DNA from: an uncultured Eubacterium sp.
GTDB taxonomy: Bacteria; Bacillota; Clostridia; Lachnospirales; Lachnospiraceae
Direction: 5' to 3'
Length of the DNA stretch: 64,000 nucleotides
NCBI GenBank assembly: GCA_964461415.1
Contig: CAYWUE010000001.1
Coordinates: 13,841-77,840, forward strand
This document shows, in pieces, positions 59,760 through 64,000 of the stretch. The translations under genes and the position numbers were made by a program. The notes below the pieces were generated by a model that ran no database searches, was not told the DNA's origin, and was given only the letters and a program-made list of their open reading frames with translations. Positions within the stretch are counted from its first letter, which is position 1; each line of letters starts with the position of its first letter.

Positions 59760-60308
59760 TTGCCAGCAATAATTGTAGTATTTCCTAATGCCGAAGATGG
59801 AATAGCCATAAAAAATCTTCTTGTTAGAAGCGGATATGATGTGGTGTCTAATTGTACAACGGGTGCGCAAGCAATAAATTTGGCAGATAACCTGGGCGAG
59901 GGCATTATAATAAGCGGGTACAGATTTTTAGATATGATGTATACTGAAATATATGAAAATATAGAAGGCAGATTTGAAATGATTCTTGTAGCTTCAAAGC
60001 AAAGACAGTTAGATGAAGAAACAGGAATAGCCATGTTAGAAATGCCAATTAAGGTCAGGGACCTGCTTAATTCCATTGAGTTGATGGAAAATAATTTGTA
60101 TGAAAAAAATCACAAAAAGAAAAGAAAGCCAGGACAGCGTACAGAAGAAGAACAGGCTATAGTAAATCAGGCTAAGGAAGTTTTGATGATAAAAAATAAT
60201 ATGTCAGAAAATGAGGCACACAGATATATACAAAAAACCGCCATGGACACTGGAAGAACTATGGTGGAGATGTCGGAAATGATTCTGTCTATTATGTACA
60301 AGGAATAA
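59760..60308 (+). CDS. ANTAR-domain antiterminator with receiver-like domain (NitR-like)
   Basis: C-terminal AKEVLM...MSENEAHRYIQKTAMD ANTAR motif; downstream of glnA. Confidence 0.88.
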   Translation: MPAIIVVFPNAEDGIAIKNLLVRSGYDVVSNCTTGAQAINLADNLGEGIIISGYRFLDMMYTEIYENIEGRFEMILVASKQRQLDEETGIAMLEMPIKVRDLLNSIELMENNLYEKNHKKKRKPGQRTEEEQAIVNQAKEVLMIKNNMSENEAHRYIQKTAMDTGRTMVEMSEMILSIMYKE

Positions 60309-60344
60309 ATTATATAGTTATTTCAAAATAGGAAGAAGTATTAG

Positions 60345-60392
60345 AAAAAAGATACAGCTAACGGAGTTTGTCCGTAGGCTGTATCTTTTTTT
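60345..60392 (+). terminator. Intrinsic terminator
   Basis: AAAAAAGATACAGC...GCTGTATCTTTTTTT. Confidence 0.8.
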
Positions 60393-60469
60393 GGAAAAAT
60401 TATATAAAATGCAATAAATTATACATTTGGTGTGTCTAATAGGTAAAGAAATGATGGAGGTATTTAACT

Positions 60470-60510
60470 ATGAAGAGAAAAATTAATCAGTATTGTTATA
60501 ATGTGAAAGG
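60470..60510 (+). pseudogene. Remnant of a secreted-protein gene (signal peptide only)
   Basis: RBS GGAGG, then ATG AAG AGA AAA; removing one A gives MKRKLISIVIM*. Confidence 0.35.
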
Positions 60511-60545
60511 CTGTGACATGGTTTTTGAAGAACGGGGAAAAAATT

Positions 60546-61195
60546 ATGCTAAAAAAATCATTTAATATGCAGTTATCATACGTGTTTAGGCGTAAATCAA
60601 CGGCAGTAATAATGCTCGTATTACTGGTTTTTGTAGTTACAAATATTGGAATAAATTTTTCTAAAAACTATAATACGTTATATTTAAATCAAATGTATAG
60701 TTTTGAAAAGATGTTGACATTATCAGATTGGTCTATGGCGGGATATTTTATGCGTCAGTTTTATCCGATGCTTTTAGTTGTACCAACAGCTTGCACGTAT
60801 GTTATGGATAAAAGCTCTGGAATGAATGTATATATTCAAAGTAGAACTGGAAGAAGGTCCTATTTATATGGAAAAATATTGGTAACATTTTTTACGACTT
60901 TTGTAATATTTACGTTTCCGTTTTTGATAGAAATAATTATTAGTTCAATATGCACCGGGAATATACCAAATGGTGACCCTTCAGGATTTGAATATTGGCA
61001 AACTATTGCAAAAGAAAAGCAATATTTTCTAAAGTAATAAAACTAAAATTTTCAGTAAATTATAATTCAATTTTGACAATGTTCGAAACAACAAACAATA
61101 AAAATTACTACGCATATTTGATTTTTTTATTGGTGCTAATTTTTGTATCTGTCATGCTGGTAGAGATTAAGGTAAAGAAAGAAGATGTATTATAG
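60546..61195 (+). pseudogene. Fused remnants of ABC-exporter membrane proteins
   Basis: Permease N-half (IQSRTGRRSYLYGK motif) stops at 61037; an out-of-frame C-terminal TM fragment ends in KVKKEDVL. Confidence 0.55.
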
Positions 61196-61770
61196 TGAAA
61201 ATCTTAAAAAGTATATTGCTAGGTTTTATAGTTGGAATTTTATGCTTAGAAACAGGATTTTTGAGCATAAAAGAAACAGAATTATCACAAATAGTAATGG
61301 CAAATTCATATGCCGGAATTGAATGCTATCCAGCATATATAGGTCAGTTTACATTCAGATATATACCTTTATTTGTATTTCAGATAATTTTTTCTACATA
61401 CATATATAAACATTTTTGTAGTGGAAGTATATATTTTTTTTCGAGAGAATTAAGCAGAGGAAAATGGATTATATATGAGTTGATAAAATTATATGTGCAT
61501 GCGGTAACATATGTATTCGCTTATTCGAGTATGAACATATTAATCATAGGTTATTTTTCGAAAATAAAATTAGATGCTAAAAGAATAATTTTATTGTTAT
61601 ATCACATTATTATTTATTCACTTTATTTAATGTGGACGACTACAGCCATAAACATTATATCAATAAAAATAAGTGGACAACTGGGGTTTGCGTGTATTCA
61701 GACAATTATAATGTTTTCTGTGGCAATTGCATTTGCAATAGGTAATGGCTATGAAAATGGAGAAATTTGA
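61195..61770 (+). pseudogene. Probably truncated ABC-exporter membrane protein
   Basis: YKHFCSGSIYFFSRELSRGKW motif; ends abruptly after about 5 TMs. Confidence 0.5.
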
Positions 61771-61773
61771 ATT

Positions 61774-62235
61774 ATGAGATTAATTGCTGAAAATATTACA
61801 AAAAAGATAGGTTCGAAAGAAGTTTTGAAAAATATAAATCTTGAACTGGAAAGTGGAAAGGTATATGGATTTGTTGGGAGAAATGGATCGGGGAAAACGA
61901 TGTTATTTCGAGCACTGTCTGGATTGATGACTATTTCTTCCGGGAAGGCTGTATTAGATGATTATCAGCTTCATAAAGACATGAGAATTTTGCCTAATTT
62001 AGGGATTGTTATAGCATAGGCAATTATGGAAGAACCTGATATATTAATGTTGGATGAGCCAACAAATGCATTAGACGAGGAGGGTGTAGCATTAATAAGA
62101 AAAATAGTTGATGAAGAAAAACAAAGAGGTGCAATGATTTTGATTGCTAGTCATAGCAAGGAGGATATAAAAATGCTTTCGGACAAAATTTATGTGATGG
62201 AGGAGGGTATTTTAAAAGAAGATGAAGGATTTTGA
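61774..62235 (+). pseudogene. ABC ATPase with internal deletion and nonsense codon
   Basis: Walker A GRNGSGKT and Walker B LMLDEPTN lie in one frame, joined by LGIVI-A-TAG-AIME; Q-loop and signature motif are missing. Confidence 0.85.
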
Positions 62236-62236
62236 T

Positions 62237-62672
62237 ATGAAAGTACGTTATACATTTGGTATATATGCTTGTAAGTGCGTTAGCATTATGTACAGGGGTT
62301 TTATTAAAAAGTAGGTATAAGAATTTGAATGATGAAGAATGTCCCTTAAATCATTTTGCTGTGGGTGTTATGAGTAATGATTTAGCAAAGAAGCAAGCGG
62401 AAATAATGAAGGGCAGATTGGAGGAAAGTCCGATTATTTTGGACGTGGAATGTATTGAAGAATCCCAATTTCAATATTCGTGTGCGACACAAAAAGGTAA
62501 AATAAAAAAAGTTTTTAAGGGAAATGAGTTGAGAAAAGGGGACAAAATAGAGATATGTTCTGTAACATCAATGTTCATGGAGCAAGAAATGAAAATTAAT
62601 GGCAAATTTGGAATCAACATGAATTTTGTCAATGAGATGAAAGAAGGAAAGGTATGTTGCTATTTAGGATGA
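62237..62672 (+). pseudogene. Frameshifted/truncated membrane-anchored hypothetical protein
   Basis: ATG at 62237 behind RBS AAGGA is out of frame with the TM-bearing ORF 62256-62672. Confidence 0.45.
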
Positions 62673-62785
62673 AAGTGTTTTTTTAATAAATAGAATTTAA
62701 ATAATGCAATATTCTCTAAATTTGTTATAATTATTTAGGTGACGGAAAATATGAGTGCATAAATTTAGAGGAAAGGAGGAAGCAG

Positions 62786-63559
62786 ATGTTTAAATTTTTT
62801 AGGAAAAACGATAAGCAGAATGCAGCAGTGTTTGTTGATTATGAGCATTGGTATTATGGATACAACAATATTTTTTCAATGAAACCAAATGTAGAGCAGT
62901 GGTATGAAGAATTAACGGAAGAATATAATGTAAAAAGTTTAATGTTTTTTGGAGACTTCAATGGAAGCGATATAGAAAAAGAATTATCAAGATTAGAAAA
63001 ATTATCAAAAAATGTAGTACATACGGCAAGTTCGAAAGATGGTGTAGATAAAGATTTTACAGATTTTATTATGTTAGATGCAATATATAGAAAGGCAGCA
63101 GAACCAAAGACGCCTGATATATTTATAATATTTACCGGAGATGCACATTTTAATCTGGCCGTAAAATATCTTCGTGATATAAAGAAAAAAGTTATAATAT
63201 ATGGTGTGAAACACTCATTGAGTAATAAACTCAAATCAACTGCAAATTCTTATGTGGAAATGCCTAGAACAAAACAGGAACAGCAATATTATTATGATGC
63301 AATATTGAAGTCATTATATATATTGAAGAAACGTAGAAAAATGGCAACCTATAGTAAAACTATTGATAATGTTGCAACTCATAATGGGATTTCAAGAGAA
63401 AGAATACAGATGGCATTAGATGATTTATTAAATAATAAATATGTCAATGTTGAAGAAAAACAATATCGAGGCAAAAAACCTAAAGTGCTTAGAGTTAATT
63501 GGAAAAGATTAGAGAACGATGGAATCTGGGGAAGAAAAAATAATAAGAAAACTAAATAA
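62786..63559 (+). CDS. NYN/LabA-DUF88 (PIN-like) domain protein with C-terminal wHTH
   Basis: AVFVDYEH, KDFTDFIMLD, IFTGDAHF, VIIYGV and S..L...A..Y motifs. Confidence 0.8.
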   Translation: MFKFFRKNDKQNAAVFVDYEHWYYGYNNIFSMKPNVEQWYEELTEEYNVKSLMFFGDFNGSDIEKELSRLEKLSKNVVHTASSKDGVDKDFTDFIMLDAIYRKAAEPKTPDIFIIFTGDAHFNLAVKYLRDIKKKVIIYGVKHSLSNKLKSTANSYVEMPRTKQEQQYYYDAILKSLYILKKRRKMATYSKTIDNVATHNGISRERIQMALDDLLNNKYVNVEEKQYRGKKPKVLRVNWKRLENDGIWGRKNNKKTK

Positions 63560-63627
63560 TGAGTGAGAAAGGGAGCTGTTATGATATTCAAATTATTGGA
63601 TATCTGCCAGCTCCCTTAATAGTTTTA

Positions 63628-64000
63628 TTATAATACACTGTAGCCATAACCATTAACTAATGCTTCTACACGCTCACCGCTCTGACACATAGGACATTCG
63701 TGGTGGGAGTATGTATGGTAATTAGGTATATCTTCTGCACGGAATAATGCATCAATTCTGTGACCATTTATAGAATCAACAGCACTAAATATAGCTGATA
63801 TACCCTGCAGTGTGCCACCGTAATATTGAATACATTCGATACTGTTACGGATGGTTTTTCCGGTTGTGGCTGAAGCAAGGAGAAGCAGTACGTTTCTTCC
63901 TGAAACTTCAGGTTTTAAATTGTCTCTAAAAATCATCTGCCCGTTAGAATTAAATTCTGGAGTTACTACATAGATGGTTTTGTGTGCATTCATTGATAAT
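63628..64000 (-). CDS. Orotate-PRTase-like protein, C-terminal part (runs off the window)
   Basis: PRTase fold GRNVLLLLASATTGKT; C-terminal CPMC. Confidence 0.7.
   Translation of the reverse strand, partial: LSMNAHKTIYVVTPEFNSNGQMIFRDNLKPEVSGRNVLLLLASATTGKTIRNSIECIQYYGGTLQGISAIFSAVDSINGHRIDALFRAEDIPNYHTYSHHECPMCQSGERVEALVNGYGYSVL

Noticed and set aside
60470-60565. 31-aa ORF MKRKINQYCYNVKGC... as a bacteriocin or RiPP precursor
   Set aside because: Better explained as a frameshifted signal-peptide remnant; no modification enzymes are nearby.
1-64000. CRISPR array, cas genes, tRNA/rRNA, intact transposase or integrase
   Set aside because: No regularly spaced direct repeats, cloverleafs or DDE/tyrosine-recombinase motifs were seen by eye.

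Overview
AT-rich chromosomal segment, almost entirely on the + strand, from a Clostridia bacterium; gene content and order look Lachnospiraceae/Eubacterium-like (inference). Left end: a sortase-assembled pilus locus (VWA tip pilin, shaft pilin, class C sortase, basal pilin, second sortase), then an HPr-like gene and a secreted GDPD-FN3 protein. Next come a ZTP riboswitch with split purO/purH, a four-gene phospholipid cluster (PAP2-like, MprF-type TM, PssA, Psd), an ARG-box-preceded amino-acid ABC transporter, corA, pncC, a divergent metA and carD. Middle: OPT-PqqD-membrane protein-pepD; nadB-nadC-niaR with a NiaR box; ftsH, uvrC, hprK-glucokinase-murB-rapZ-whiA-Crh-like, xth, dnaE, trmH, mecA. 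At about 44.9-45.8 kb is a small decayed island: an XRE pseudogene with a palindromic operator, a hypothetical gene, and an unannotated structured RNA with its own promoter and terminator (the top finding). Right part: GH18 lipoprotein, tadA, large SRP RNA, dnaX-ebfC-recR, a large TPR/acidic/degenerate-AAA protein, split transketolase, NhaC-family transporter, rnhA, glnA-ANTAR, a deletion-riddled ABC exporter operon, a NYN nuclease and a partial PRTase-like gene. No CRISPR array, tRNA, rRNA or intact transposase was seen. All calls come from motif reading by eye; no database searches were run.
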